A stretch of 64,000 bases of DNA, taken from Bacilli bacterium. Its GTDB lineage: Bacteria > Bacillota_I > Bacilli_A > RFN20 > CAG-826. The stretch covers positions 13,253-77,252 of the forward strand of contig JBMSKF010000001.1 of assembly GCA_049419605.1 (NCBI GenBank), read 5' to 3'. Positions 1-9,824 of this stretch are shown here, piece after piece (positions within the stretch are counted from its first letter, which is position 1; each line of letters opens with the position of its first letter). The translations under genes and the position numbers were made by a program. Below the pieces are notes generated by a model that was not told the origin of the DNA, ran no database searches, and saw nothing but the letters and a program-made list of their open reading frames with translations.

Positions 1-29
1 CGCTATCTAACTTATCAGTTAATGAAATC

Positions 30-755
30 ATGGTATCCGCCAGCTTACTTCAATTTTGGAATTTAAATGTTGGTGAAAAAGTTTATATTAACCATGGTAC
101 ATACCCTGACTTAAATGAGACGGGTACTATTTTTGAAACTACTCAATCCATGCTCACGATTGTAGATGTGATTGACATGGATGGGTTTTGGCTTTTTCAC
201 CATCCGCATTGGTTAACACTTTGGTTGATGAAGTATGCGTTCATTCCTAGTAATCTTTTGGAACCAGAGGCTTGGATTTTTTATCAACAAGTTTTAACAC
301 CTAATGGATATCAATCATTGAACCCTCTAAAAGAAGTTGAAAGTTCCATTCATGAGATCCAGCTCAATTTAATTCTAGCAACTGGGATTTGGTTATTCTT
401 TATTGGTATACCATTATTCATATTATTTTTTTATTATGCAATTCAATCCCTTATCGCTGATATTGATCAATTAACAACCCTCAAAGGGTTTGGATCCCCT
501 TGGTCTTATATCCAGCAATGGTATGGTATTAAATTTAAGCTGATTGCAATTGAGGTGAGCATTCCTACCCTTTTACTATTGATTTTCATGGATTATTTAC
601 TTAAGAGGTGGTTAGGCGAATACTTTTTTCTCACATTAAGTTATCAAATACCACTTGAGACAATATTGCTATTTATCTTGATTACAATGTTGTTTTATCT
701 CGTTTCAAAGCAAATTCAAATGAAGATATTATCCGTCAATTTTAAAAATATTTAA
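30..755 (+). CDS. Hypothetical polytopic membrane protein; the ORF is open to the window edge, so the 5' end may be truncated
   Basis: 241-aa ORF with several hydrophobic segments; no in-frame stop between nt 3 and 30; no recognisable motif. Confidence 0.45.
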   Translation: MVSASLLQFWNLNVGEKVYINHGTYPDLNETGTIFETTQSMLTIVDVIDMDGFWLFHHPHWLTLWLMKYAFIPSNLLEPEAWIFYQQVLTPNGYQSLNPLKEVESSIHEIQLNLILATGIWLFFIGIPLFILFFYYAIQSLIADIDQLTTLKGFGSPWSYIQQWYGIKFKLIAIEVSIPTLLLLIFMDYLLKRWLGEYFFLTLSYQIPLETILLFILITMLFYLVSKQIQMKILSVNFKNI

Positions 756-852
756 AAATCCACTATCTTTTTAATTTACTTGTGGTATTATCTTTTGCGT
801 AGCAGCAAAATGTTAGCTCCTACTAATACTAATTGAAAGGTTTAGGTTTTCG

Positions 853-1056
853 ATGAAAGGCTCAGTCAAGATGTTCAACAAAGAAAAAGGCTACGGCTTC
901 ATTCGCACTGAAGACGGAAAAGATGTCTTTTTCCATCATTCTTCGATTCTTATGGACGGTTACAAAACCGCCGAAACTGGTGAACCAGTTGAATTCGAAG
1001 TTGAAGATTCCGATCGTGGTCCACGCGCCAAAAATATTAAAAAGTTACCTCGGTAA
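853..1056 (+). CDS. csp: Cold-shock protein (CspA family)
   Basis: MKGSVKMFNKEKGYGFI...DVFFHHSSI matches the RNP1/RNP2 cold-shock domain; a long 5'UTR precedes it and a terminator follows at 1082-1107. Confidence 0.9.
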   Translation: MKGSVKMFNKEKGYGFIRTEDGKDVFFHHSSILMDGYKTAETGEPVEFEVEDSDRGPRAKNIKKLPR

Positions 1057-1081
1057 TTTTTAATAAAATAGTGCTAAGACA

Positions 1082-1107
1082 AAAGTCGCCCTAGGGCGAC
1101 TTTTTTA
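1082..1107 (+). terminator. Rho-independent terminator after csp
   Basis: aaagtcgcc-ctag-ggcgacttt hairpin followed by a T6 run. Confidence 0.7.
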
Positions 1108-1149
1108 TTTCATTCGTTGGTTATTTCCTTTATAATGATTGAGGTCAAT

Positions 1150-2253
1150 ATGGGATTAAAAGCTGGAATCGTTGGGTTACCTAACGTCGGTAAATCAACT
1201 TTATTTAATGCAATTACAAACGCTTCAGTCGAAGCGGCAAATTATCCTTTTGCGACGATCAACCCTAACACGGGTGTAGTGGCAGTTCAAGACGAAAGGT
1301 TAACCTTTCTTTCGCAATTATTTAAACCTAAAAAAACCATTTCAACAACGGTTGAGTTCGTAGATATTGCAGGATTAGTGAAAGGTGCCGCTAAAGGAGA
1401 AGGGTTGGGGAATCAATTCCTTGCAGCCATTCGCGAAGCAGATGCCATTGTTCAAGTCGTGCGTTGTTTTGATTCAGCGGAAATTATTCACGTTGAAAAC
1501 TCGGTTAATCCAGAACGAGATATGGATATCATAAATCTTGAACTCATTCTTGCCGATTTAGATGCCATTCAAAGAAGGTTAGATAAAGTTAATTCTAAAG
1601 CCAGAGGAAATGACAAGCAGGCCATTGCTGAATTAGCGATGTTACAAGTGTTAAAACCTCAATTAATGGATGGTATTCCTGCTCGCCTTACTTCGCTCAC
1701 ACAAGATCAAAGAAATCTACTTAATCAAGAATACCAATTGCTCACGAACAAACCAATTTTATATGTTGCGAACATTTCAGAGGATGGCTATGGGCAATTA
1801 GATACCAATGCCTACTATCAACAAGTCCTCAAACGGGCCTCGAAAGAAGGGGCACAAGTGGTCGCTATTTCTTGCGAAATTGAATCACAAATTTCAAAAT
1901 TAAATGATGTTGAAAAAAAGGAATTTTTAGCAACGCTTGGAATTCCTGAACCCGGTTTAAATCCACTGGTAAGAGCAACCTACAAATTGTTAAAACTTGC
2001 CACTTACTTTACGGTTGGTGAAGACGAATGCAGAGCCTGGACATTCCATCAAGGCATGACCGCTCCACAAGCTGCTGGCGTCATTCACACTGATTTTGAA
2101 AAAGGATTTATCAAAGCTGAAATCTATCACTATGATGATATTTATAAACTTAAATCTGAAACTGCCGTTAAAGAAGCTGGTAAATTAAGAATGGAAGGAA
2201 AGGAATATATCGTAAAAGATGGAGACATCATCTTTTTCCGATTTAACGTATAA
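1150..2253 (+). CDS. ychF: Ribosome-binding ATPase YchF (Obg-family GTPase)
   Basis: MGLKAGIVGLPNVGKST G1 motif and a C-terminal TGS domain; GAGG Shine-Dalgarno 7 nt upstream of ATG 1150 (the track start at 1117 is probably too early). Confidence 0.88.
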   Translation: MGLKAGIVGLPNVGKSTLFNAITNASVEAANYPFATINPNTGVVAVQDERLTFLSQLFKPKKTISTTVEFVDIAGLVKGAAKGEGLGNQFLAAIREADAIVQVVRCFDSAEIIHVENSVNPERDMDIINLELILADLDAIQRRLDKVNSKARGNDKQAIAELAMLQVLKPQLMDGIPARLTSLTQDQRNLLNQEYQLLTNKPILYVANISEDGYGQLDTNAYYQQVLKRASKEGAQVVAISCEIESQISKLNDVEKKEFLATLGIPEPGLNPLVRATYKLLKLATYFTVGEDECRAWTFHQGMTAPQAAGVIHTDFEKGFIKAEIYHYDDIYKLKSETAVKEAGKLRMEGKEYIVKDGDIIFFRFNV

Positions 2254-2255
2254 CT

Positions 2256-3704
2256 ATGCTAGACCCAAAAAAAATTCGTGTTCGTTACGCTCCTTCACCG
2301 ACTGGTTTTTTACATATTGGCGGCGCTCGTAGTGCCTTGTTCAATTATTTATTTGCAAAGAAAAATCAAGGTAGATTTATTATTCGCATTGAAGACACTG
2401 ACATTGAACGTAACGTTGCAGGTGGAGAAGTAAGTCAAATTAGAGACCTTAAATGGTTAGGCATTATTCCTGATGAATCACCATTAGAACCGAATCCGCA
2501 ATATGCACCATATCGGCAAATGGAACGTTTAAACACCTATCAACAATATGCCCAACAATTGATTCAACAAGGTCATGCTTATCCATGTTATTGCTCAGAA
2601 GAAGAGTTAGAACGTTCTCGTGAAGAACAACTTTCCAGAGGCATTGCTGCCCCACAATATAATCGTCGTTGTCTCCATTTAACAAATGAAGAAAAAAATG
2701 CTTTGATTGCGGAAGGTCGAAAGCCTGTGATTCGTATCAAACTGGAAGATCATTTAACGATTGCGTTTGAAGATATGGTAAGAGGTCCAGTTTCTTTTAA
2801 TAACGATGATATTGGCGATTGGGTTTTAATTAAATCAAATGGAATTCCCACTTATAATTTTGCAGTGGTGATTGATGATTACTTAATGGATATTACGCAT
2901 GTATTTCGTGGTGAAGAACATTTATCAAATACCCCCAAACAAATTCAAGTTTATCGCTATTTAAAATTTCCAATTCCTCAATTTGGCCATATGACGATTA
3001 TTGTGAATGAACATGGTAAAAAGTTATCTAAACGGGATGCTTCAATTGTTCAATTTATGTCCCAATATCGTGATATGGGTTATTTACCAGAAGCAATTTT
3101 TAATTTCATTCTGTTATTAGGATGGTCACCTGAAGGAACTCAAGAAATATTCAGTAAAGATCAAGCGATTCAAGCTTTTGATGCAAAACGATTATCTTCA
3201 TCCCCTTCCATGTTTGATCCACAAAAAATGAACTGGCTCAATAATTATTACTTAAAGCAACTTTCTGATGAAGACTATTGGAAATTCATCCTACCTTTTA
3301 TTTCAAAAGCAAATGGCGTAAATCAAATTCAAGAACAGGCTGTCAAACAATTAGCCAAAACATTCAAAGAACAACTTGCTTATGGGTCACAAATATTGGA
3401 ATTGGTAAAGCCAATTCTTGAACCAACTTTTACGTTTGATGAAGAAGCAAACTCATTGTTAAATAGCCCAGATGGTCAAAAGGCATTGAGTCTTTTTATT
3501 GATAAATTTTCACAATTACAAGATATTCAAGGCCAATATATCAAAGATATTTTCAAAGCAATTCAAATAGAAACTGGATTAAAAGGCAAAACCTTATTTA
3601 TGCCAATAAGATTAAAGTTGACGGGTCAATTACACGGTGCTGAACTTGCTAATATCATTCCGATTCTTGGAAAAGAATTAACACTTAAACGGTTAAAAGC
3701 ATGA
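2256..3704 (+). CDS. gltX: Glutamyl-tRNA synthetase
   Basis: HIGG motif (PSPTGFLHIGGARSA) and KLSKRD (KMSKS-type) motif; TGA stop overlaps the argS ATG. Confidence 0.9.
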   Translation: MLDPKKIRVRYAPSPTGFLHIGGARSALFNYLFAKKNQGRFIIRIEDTDIERNVAGGEVSQIRDLKWLGIIPDESPLEPNPQYAPYRQMERLNTYQQYAQQLIQQGHAYPCYCSEEELERSREEQLSRGIAAPQYNRRCLHLTNEEKNALIAEGRKPVIRIKLEDHLTIAFEDMVRGPVSFNNDDIGDWVLIKSNGIPTYNFAVVIDDYLMDITHVFRGEEHLSNTPKQIQVYRYLKFPIPQFGHMTIIVNEHGKKLSKRDASIVQFMSQYRDMGYLPEAIFNFILLLGWSPEGTQEIFSKDQAIQAFDAKRLSSSPSMFDPQKMNWLNNYYLKQLSDEDYWKFILPFISKANGVNQIQEQAVKQLAKTFKEQLAYGSQILELVKPILEPTFTFDEEANSLLNSPDGQKALSLFIDKFSQLQDIQGQYIKDIFKAIQIETGLKGKTLFMPIRLKLTGQLHGAELANIIPILGKELTLKRLKA

Positions 3705-5320
3705 TAGCGATTGAAACCTACCTTAAAGACTTATTGATAAAATCCTTAGCCCCACTCGGGTTACAGATTTCTCATGACGATATTGTGATTGAAAAAACCA
3801 AAGATCCTAAGTTTGGTGATTATGCAACGAATGTCTGTTTAAAATTTGCAAAGCAACTTAATGTAAAGCCAATTGAATTAGCGAAGCAATTAATCGTGCA
3901 TCTACAAGACCAGCATGTGCAAAAAGTGGAAGTTGCAGGACCAGGCTTTTTGAATTTCTTTCTTAGAACTGAAACTTTAACTGCGGTCATTCAAGATATT
4001 TTTGCTAGTCTTGATGAATATGGAAAAAGCCAAATTGGTCTAGGAAAGCGTATCAATTTAGAATTTGTTTCTGCAAATCCTACTGGACCCATGCACGTTG
4101 CCCATGCTCGGGCTGCAGCACTTGGCGATGTCATCGCCACTTTGTTAACCCAAGTTGGTTATCAAGTCACGCGTGAATATTACGTCAATGATGCGGGTGG
4201 ACAAATTAAAAACTTAGCTTTATCGATCTTTCTACGTTATCGTGAGTTACTCGGAGATGAAGTTACATTACCTGAAGATGGATATTTTGGAAAAGATATT
4301 ATCGAAATTGCTAAAGAAATTAGACAGCAATTTGGCGATAACATCACTATATTTGATGAAGCATTCTTTAAAAAAATTGGCGTCGAAAAGCAATTAAAAA
4401 GAATTCAAGACGATTTGATTTTAATGGGTGTACACTTTGATGTTTATCGTTCAGAACAAGATGTTAGAAATGAAGGCATCATTGAAAAAACAGTGGCAAA
4501 GCTATCACCCTTTATTTATCAAGATCAAGGTGCAACCTACTTAAAGACGACTGCATTCGGTGATGATAAAGATCGGGTATTAATTAAGAGTGATGGTCAA
4601 TTTACCTATTTCCTTCCCGATATCGCTTACCATCAAGACAAGTTATCAAGAAATCACAATCAACTGATTGATATTCTTGGTCCTGATCATCATGGTTATA
4701 TTGCCAGAATGAAAGCAGCACTTGCGATGTTGGGATATACGCCAGATGCATTAGAAATCTTAGTGATGCAATTGGTAACTTTAACTGAAAATGGTGTCGA
4801 AGTGAAAATGAGTAAACGGACAGGAAAAGGCATTACTCTTCGAGATTTGGTTGAAGAAGTTGGTAAGGATGCCGCTCGTTATTTTATAGCCGCCAGATCG
4901 TTTCATAATCCTTTGGAATTTGATTTAGATCTCGCAAAAACGAAAAGTAATGTGAATCCACTGTATTATGCACAATATGCTCACGCAAGATTGCATTCCT
5001 TACTCGAAGCAGGTCAAGATTTAGGCTTTGATTTGACTGGTGAAGGTCTAAATTCCCAAGAAGAACTTGATTTATTGAAGCATTTGAGATTATTTCCTCA
5101 GACTGTTATTCAGGCTGCCAGCGCGCGTGAACCAAGTATGATTGCCCAATACATTCAACAACTTGCAAGTTATACCCATAGTTTCTATACTATAAGGCGG
5201 GTTATCGACCGAGACCAACCCAAACTATCTGCTGCTAGACTTGCCCTTGTTAAAGCAAGTGCGCAAGTTCTAAAAAATAGTTTGAAAATGTTTGGGATCG
5301 ACGCGCTCAATAAAATGTAA
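3701..5320 (+). CDS. argS: Arginyl-tRNA synthetase
   Basis: N-terminal Arg-tRNA-binding domain, PTGPMHVAHAR (HIGH) region and a C-terminal DALR anticodon-binding domain. Confidence 0.9.
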   Translation: MIAIETYLKDLLIKSLAPLGLQISHDDIVIEKTKDPKFGDYATNVCLKFAKQLNVKPIELAKQLIVHLQDQHVQKVEVAGPGFLNFFLRTETLTAVIQDIFASLDEYGKSQIGLGKRINLEFVSANPTGPMHVAHARAAALGDVIATLLTQVGYQVTREYYVNDAGGQIKNLALSIFLRYRELLGDEVTLPEDGYFGKDIIEIAKEIRQQFGDNITIFDEAFFKKIGVEKQLKRIQDDLILMGVHFDVYRSEQDVRNEGIIEKTVAKLSPFIYQDQGATYLKTTAFGDDKDRVLIKSDGQFTYFLPDIAYHQDKLSRNHNQLIDILGPDHHGYIARMKAALAMLGYTPDALEILVMQLVTLTENGVEVKMSKRTGKGITLRDLVEEVGKDAARYFIAARSFHNPLEFDLDLAKTKSNVNPLYYAQYAHARLHSLLEAGQDLGFDLTGEGLNSQEELDLLKHLRLFPQTVIQAASAREPSMIAQYIQQLASYTHSFYTIRRVIDRDQPKLSAARLALVKASAQVLKNSLKMFGIDALNKM

Positions 5321-5336
5321 GAAAAAGGAGCATCAT

Positions 5337-5708
5337 ATGCCAAAATCTATGCTAGAACTTGCCCACGAGTTTATTGTTGCAAAAAAGAAGGCAGTCACCT
5401 TTAAAGACATTTGGGCTTACGTCCAAAAGCAAACGGATGAAAAAGAAACCCTTCAATTAGGTCGATTTTATAAGTTACTCACCTTGGATGGTCGTTTTGT
5501 TGCGCTTGGTAGTAATAAATGGGATTTAAAAGCTCGCTACACTTTCAAAGAGTTGTATGATGATGCTAGAGGTGTGTTCCGTGAAGTTGAAGGAACTGAA
5601 GAAGGTGGAGATGAATCCGAAAATGATCCGTTTGAGGAAGATGAGGATTCAGAGGATAGTGAAGATGACGAAAAACCAAAAAAGCGTAAAACCGAAGACG
5701 AAGATTAA
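5337..5708 (+). CDS. rpoE: RNA polymerase delta subunit
   Basis: N-terminal HARE-HTH-like domain followed by a poly-acidic D/E-rich C-terminal tail; AAGGAG Shine-Dalgarno before ATG 5337 (track start 5292 overlaps argS). Confidence 0.8.
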   Translation: MPKSMLELAHEFIVAKKKAVTFKDIWAYVQKQTDEKETLQLGRFYKLLTLDGRFVALGSNKWDLKARYTFKELYDDARGVFREVEGTEEGGDESENDPFEEDEDSEDSEDDEKPKKRKTEDED

Positions 5709-5745
5709 TTAAGAAATTAAATTAAACAGAAAGAAGGACATCAAA

Positions 5746-6609
5746 ATGCCACTTGTAAGTATGAAAGAAATGCTCATCAAAGCTTATAAAGAAAAGTATG
5801 CAGTTGCTCAATTCAACATTAATAACTTAGAATGGACGCTTGCTATTTTAGATGAATGCCAAGCACTCAAAGCTCCAGTTATTTTGGGCGTTTCCAGTGG
5901 TGCCGCAAAATATATGGGTGGATTTAACACCGTCATGGGCATGGTTCATGGATTAATAAAAGATAAAAAGTACACCATACCCATTGCTGTTCATTTAGAT
6001 CATGGTGAAAGCGTTGAAATTTGTAAGCAAGCGATTGATGCTGGTTTTACATCCGTGATGATTGATGCCTCCCACCATCCCTTAGAAGAAAATATTAAAA
6101 TGACCAAAGAAGTGGTCACATATGCCCACAGCAAAACCCCATTAGTCTCTGTGGAAGCAGAATTAGGTCGGGTCGGTGGTCAAGAAGATCATGTTGTTGC
6201 CGAAACATATTATGCAATTCCTGCTGAATGCGTCAGAATGGTTAAAGAAACTGGCATTGATTGCCTTGCTCCTGCATTAGGTTCAGTCCACGGCCCTTAT
6301 GAAGGTGAACCAAAATTAGGTTTTAAAGAAATGGCTGAAATCCACCAATTAACGCAAATGCCACTCGTCCTACATGGTGGTTCAGGAATTCCAGACTTTC
6401 AATTAAAAATGGCGATTGAACGTGGTACCGCTAAGATTAACGTCAATACCGAAAACCAAATGGAATGGACAAAGATTGTCCGCGAAGTACTCGCAAAAGA
6501 TCCAAAAGTCTATGATCCAAGAAAAATTATTGGTCCAGGAAAAGAAGGCATTCGTAAAGTGGTCAAAGCTAAATACGAAGTATTCGGTTGTATTGGTAAA
6601 GCTGCTTAA
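5746..6609 (+). CDS. fba: Class II fructose-1,6-bisphosphate aldolase
   Basis: PVILGVS, HLDHG and LHGGSG metal-binding motifs. Confidence 0.9.
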   Translation: MPLVSMKEMLIKAYKEKYAVAQFNINNLEWTLAILDECQALKAPVILGVSSGAAKYMGGFNTVMGMVHGLIKDKKYTIPIAVHLDHGESVEICKQAIDAGFTSVMIDASHHPLEENIKMTKEVVTYAHSKTPLVSVEAELGRVGGQEDHVVAETYYAIPAECVRMVKETGIDCLAPALGSVHGPYEGEPKLGFKEMAEIHQLTQMPLVLHGGSGIPDFQLKMAIERGTAKINVNTENQMEWTKIVREVLAKDPKVYDPRKIIGPGKEGIRKVVKAKYEVFGCIGKAA

Positions 6610-6685
6610 AAAAAACTATCAAAACCCATTCAATTTGAATGGGTTTTTTATTTCTCTAAACAAAGGATTAAGATAAAATATTAAT

Positions 6686-7468
6686 ATGTTCAAACATTAT
6701 ATTGAGGATGCTTATCAAGCCGCCTTGCTTGCATCCCAAGAAATTATGGCAATTTACAAAACTGATTTTTCGTTTGTAACCAAAGATGATCATTCACCGG
6801 TGACCATTGCGGATCAAAAAGCGGATGTGATCATACGTAAATATTTAAAATCAAAATACCCTAATTTTGGTTTTCTTACAGAAGAATCATCTGATGATTT
6901 TCTTCGTTTAAATCAAGATTATGTTTGGGTTGTTGATCCAATCGATGGTACAAAAGATTTTATTGCTAAAAACGATGAATTTACAATTAATATTGCCTTA
7001 ATCCATCAGCAACAAGTCCTAGTCGGACTTGTGCACATACCTGCCAAACAAGATACATATTATGCAATCAAAGGTGAAGGTAGTTTCCATCGTTTTGCTG
7101 GGCAAGATAAACGTATTATTGTGAATCAAAAAGTAAGTCAACTTACTGTGTTAACCTCTCGATTTCACTTACAACCCATTGAAAAAGATGTCATTCAAAA
7201 GTATCAAAACTTAGGAAAAATTACGAAGATTGAAACCTTTGGAAGTGCCTTAAAAGCATGCAGAATTGCTGAAGGTCTAGCAGAACTTTCTTATCGATTA
7301 TCACCTGGCACTAAAGAATGGGATACTGCTTCGAGTGATTTAATTGTGACAGAAGCTGGTGGTTTTTTCTTAAAACCAAATAAAGAGAAGTATCTGTATA
7401 ATCGTCGAGATGTAAGAAATCTTGAAGGTTATATCATCGCCAATCGCTTAGAAAACTTTTTATTATGA
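6686..7468 (+). CDS. Inositol monophosphatase / 3'(2'),5'-bisphosphate nucleotidase family protein
   Basis: WVVDPIDGTKDF signature of the IMPase/CysQ family. Confidence 0.75.
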   Translation: MFKHYIEDAYQAALLASQEIMAIYKTDFSFVTKDDHSPVTIADQKADVIIRKYLKSKYPNFGFLTEESSDDFLRLNQDYVWVVDPIDGTKDFIAKNDEFTINIALIHQQQVLVGLVHIPAKQDTYYAIKGEGSFHRFAGQDKRIIVNQKVSQLTVLTSRFHLQPIEKDVIQKYQNLGKITKIETFGSALKACRIAEGLAELSYRLSPGTKEWDTASSDLIVTEAGGFFLKPNKEKYLYNRRDVRNLEGYIIANRLENFLL

Positions 7469-8949
7469 AATCAAAACTAACTTTATTATTCACTACTTTT
7501 TTGCTAGCTAGTTGCGTAACACCTAATCCATCTTTTCCCAGTCAAAACTCAACTATTTCCTCTGAAAGTATTTCAGAAATTAGTTCATCAAGTGCTTCAA
7601 GTCTAAGCATCAACAATCCGATTGTCACAATTGATATTTATAACCTTAATGATTTTCATGGTGCAGTTGAACATAATCCCGGAAACAAAGAAATTGGAAT
7701 CAATCGTCTGTCTTCATATTTTAAAATGCAAAGAAATACCAATCCAAATGCCATTTTTTTATCAAGTGGTGACATGTGGCAAGGCAGTGCCGATAGTAAT
7801 ATTACCCGTGGTCGACTTATGGTTGATGCGATGAATCATCTTGGATTTTCGGCAATGGCGATTGGCAACCATGAATTCGATTGGACAGACGACTATATTT
7901 ATCAAAACCAAGCCCGATCTAATTTTCCCTTGTTAGGCATCAATATCATCGAAAAACAAACTCAGCAACGTGCAACCTTTGCAGATGCTTCGATATTGAT
8001 TGAAAGAAGTGGAATTCAAATTGGTATCATTGGTACGATTGGTGCATCTTTAGAAAGTTCAATCCTTACCAGTGCGGTAATGGATTATGAATTTGTCCCT
8101 TACACCAATTTAGTTCAGCAAGAAAGTGAAAGATTAAGAAATTTAGGAGCCGATTTAATTATCCTCCTTAATCATGATGGCAGTGTTGAAAATGGTGTCT
8201 TACCTTATGTAGATGGTGTCTTCAATGGTCATACGCATCGTCGTGAAGTTTTTCATGTTGACGGAAAACCTGTTTATCAAGGTCAAGCGTATGGCCAAGC
8301 GATTAGTCACATGCGCTTTGTCTTTAACACCGTGAATATGATTCCAAGTTTTTCACAAAATCAATCTGGAGTTTACACTTATGATAACTTAGTGAGTCAA
8401 AATCGATTCCCCACAGAAGATCCAGAAATGAAAGCCATTTATGATCAATACTTAACCAATGAAATCAATGCAATTAAAAATGAAGAAATCGGTATCGCTG
8501 AAGGTGCCTTTTCCCGAAATAATTTAGGACAACTTGCCGTTGAAGAAATGCTTCAATATGGTCAATCTGTGAAGCAAGAAGTGGTTGCCAGTTTTCATAA
8601 TACAGGTGGTGTAAGAGCAAGCATCGATGAAGGTCCCGTTACTTATGGAGAACTCTATAAAGCATTTCCTTTTGATAACGAGTTAATGATTGTCCAAGTG
8701 TCCGGTGAACAATTAACTTGGTGGTTATCTGAAAGTTTATATAAACGAACCATTCCTAACTTAACCCCAATCAACCTTGATCAACATTATTGGATTATCT
8801 CCATCAATTATTTAACCGAAAAACATTTTGAATCGAATCAATATCCCCATGATATCGGTACCTCTATTAACACTTACCAATATATTCGCGAGCAATTAAA
8901 AACCCGGTGGCAACTTGAAGGCACCATCCGGGCAGTTGATTACAACTAA
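7465..8949 (+). CDS. Surface lipoprotein 5'-nucleotidase / calcineurin-like metallophosphoesterase
   Basis: LLASC lipobox; GDMWQG, GNHEFD and NHDG phosphoesterase motifs; a C-terminal 5'-nucleotidase substrate domain. Confidence 0.75.
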   Translation: MKSKLTLLFTTFLLASCVTPNPSFPSQNSTISSESISEISSSSASSLSINNPIVTIDIYNLNDFHGAVEHNPGNKEIGINRLSSYFKMQRNTNPNAIFLSSGDMWQGSADSNITRGRLMVDAMNHLGFSAMAIGNHEFDWTDDYIYQNQARSNFPLLGINIIEKQTQQRATFADASILIERSGIQIGIIGTIGASLESSILTSAVMDYEFVPYTNLVQQESERLRNLGADLIILLNHDGSVENGVLPYVDGVFNGHTHRREVFHVDGKPVYQGQAYGQAISHMRFVFNTVNMIPSFSQNQSGVYTYDNLVSQNRFPTEDPEMKAIYDQYLTNEINAIKNEEIGIAEGAFSRNNLGQLAVEEMLQYGQSVKQEVVASFHNTGGVRASIDEGPVTYGELYKAFPFDNELMIVQVSGEQLTWWLSESLYKRTIPNLTPINLDQHYWIISINYLTEKHFESNQYPHDIGTSINTYQYIREQLKTRWQLEGTIRAVDYN

Positions 8950-8955
8950 TCTAGA

Positions 8956-9222
8956 CTATTTAATTTGCAGGTCGAGAGGTAATGTTTGTGGTTTTTCGCT
9001 TGCAAGTTTCACGGCTAGAATTCCTGGAACTTCTTCCATTAAGATTACTTCTAATCCACCTGATAAAGTAGAGTCGATAAGACCACAAGAAGAACAGGCA
9101 CCCTCCATTCTTAAATAAACGATGCCATCAATAAAAGAATCAAATTCAACATTACCACCATCACGGATGATAAAGGGTCTAACTTTATCTAATGCTTCTT
9201 CAATTTGTTGCTCGATTGTCAT
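8956..9222 (-). CDS. NifU-like (Nfu) Fe-S cluster scaffold domain protein
   Basis: 88 aa with a CSSCG CxxC motif characteristic of the NifU C-terminal domain. Confidence 0.7.
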   Translation of the reverse strand: MTIEQQIEEALDKVRPFIIRDGGNVEFDSFIDGIVYLRMEGACSSCGLIDSTLSGGLEVILMEEVPGILAVKLASEKPQTLPLDLQIK

Positions 9223-9272
9223 GTCAATATGATAACGAGAATTTTATTGAGTAGCAATCAATAAGATTAAAA

Positions 9273-9300
9273 ATAAAAAAACCATCGTTTGAACGATGGT
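9273..9300 (-). terminator. Rho-independent terminator of the tRNA cluster
   Basis: on the minus strand, accatcg-ttcaaa-cgatggt followed by a T7 run. Confidence 0.7.
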
Positions 9301-9301
9301 T

Positions 9302-9388
9302 TGGTGCCCGGGGACGGACTTGAACCGTCATGGTGTCGCCACCGCAGGATTTTAAGTCCTGTGCGTCTACCAATTTCGCCACCTGGGC
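9302..9388 (-). tRNA. tRNA-Leu (anticodon UAA)
   Basis: cloverleaf with a long variable arm, anticodon loop cuUAAaa, encoded CCA. Confidence 0.85.
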
Positions 9389-9394
9389 AAATCA

Positions 9395-9471
9395 TGGTCT
9401 CCCGCGAAGGAATCGAACCTTCGACCCCTTGCTTAAAAGGCAAGTGCTCTAACCGACTGAGCTAGCGGGAG
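9395..9471 (-). tRNA. tRNA-Lys (anticodon UUU)
   Basis: anticodon loop cuUUUaa, T-arm GAAGGTTCGATTCCTTC, encoded CCA; the exact 5' end is uncertain by ±2 nt. Confidence 0.8.
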
Positions 9472-9476
9472 TCATT

Positions 9477-9551
9477 TGGCTGGGGTACCTGGGATCGAAC
9501 CAGGGAATGATAGAGTCAAAGTCTATTGCCTTACCACTTGGCTATACCCCA
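9477..9551 (-). tRNA. tRNA-Gln (anticodon UUG)
   Basis: 5' UGGGGUA acceptor stem, anticodon stem ataga/tctat with loop cuUUGac, encoded CCA. Confidence 0.8.
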
Positions 9552-9560
9552 AAGAACGAA

Positions 9561-9644
9561 TGGTGGAGGCTGGTGGATTCGAACCACCGAACCCGAAGGA
9601 ACTGATTTACAGTCAGCTGCGTTTGGCCGCTTCGCTAAGCCTCC
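9561..9644 (-). tRNA. tRNA-Tyr (anticodon GUA)
   Basis: GGAGGCU acceptor stem, loop cuGUAaa, long variable arm, encoded CCA. Confidence 0.85.
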
Positions 9645-9670
9645 ATCGGTGTGCTCACACTGGTAGAACA

Positions 9671-9746
9671 TGGTGGATGTTGAGGGGTTCGAACCCCCGA
9701 CCTCCGCCGTGTAAAGGCGATGCTCTCCCAACTGAGCTAAACATCC
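9671..9746 (-). tRNA. tRNA-Val (anticodon UAC)
   Basis: GGATGTTTAGCTCAGTTGGGAGAGC D-arm, loop uuUACac, encoded CCA. Confidence 0.85.
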
Positions 9747-9769
9747 CTTGGGCCTACGCGTGCTTAATT

Positions 9770-9798
9770 AATATATCAAAAGGCGTTTTTTTAGTCAA
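9770..9798 (-). promoter_or_regulatory. Sigma-A-type promoter of the Val-Tyr-Gln-Lys-Leu tRNA operon
   Basis: on the minus strand, TTGACT-17 nt-TATATT about 20 nt upstream of the tRNA-Val 5' end. Confidence 0.55.
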
Positions 9799-9824
9799 TG
9801 AAAAAACCTAGGAAATGCTAGTTA

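Noticed and set aside
2464-2685. Antisense or overlapping small ORFs inside confidently assigned genes (for example 2464..2685, 6416..6676, 7622..7834, 8915..9118, 16252..16461, 21225..21596, 23028..23279, 39106..39459, 44134..44355, 44870..45151, 61358..61591)
   Set aside because: They are embedded in or antisense to strongly supported CDSs, have AT-rich frame-dependent composition and no ribosome-binding site.
9302-9746. Possible rRNA operon adjacent to the tRNA cluster
   Set aside because: There is no 16S, 23S or 5S-like sequence in the window. The cluster is a stand-alone tRNA operon with its own promoter and terminator.
9476-9811. ORFs 9476..9811(+) and 9531..9731(-) in the tRNA cluster
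   Set aside because: They lie entirely within five tRNA genes and have no coding signal.
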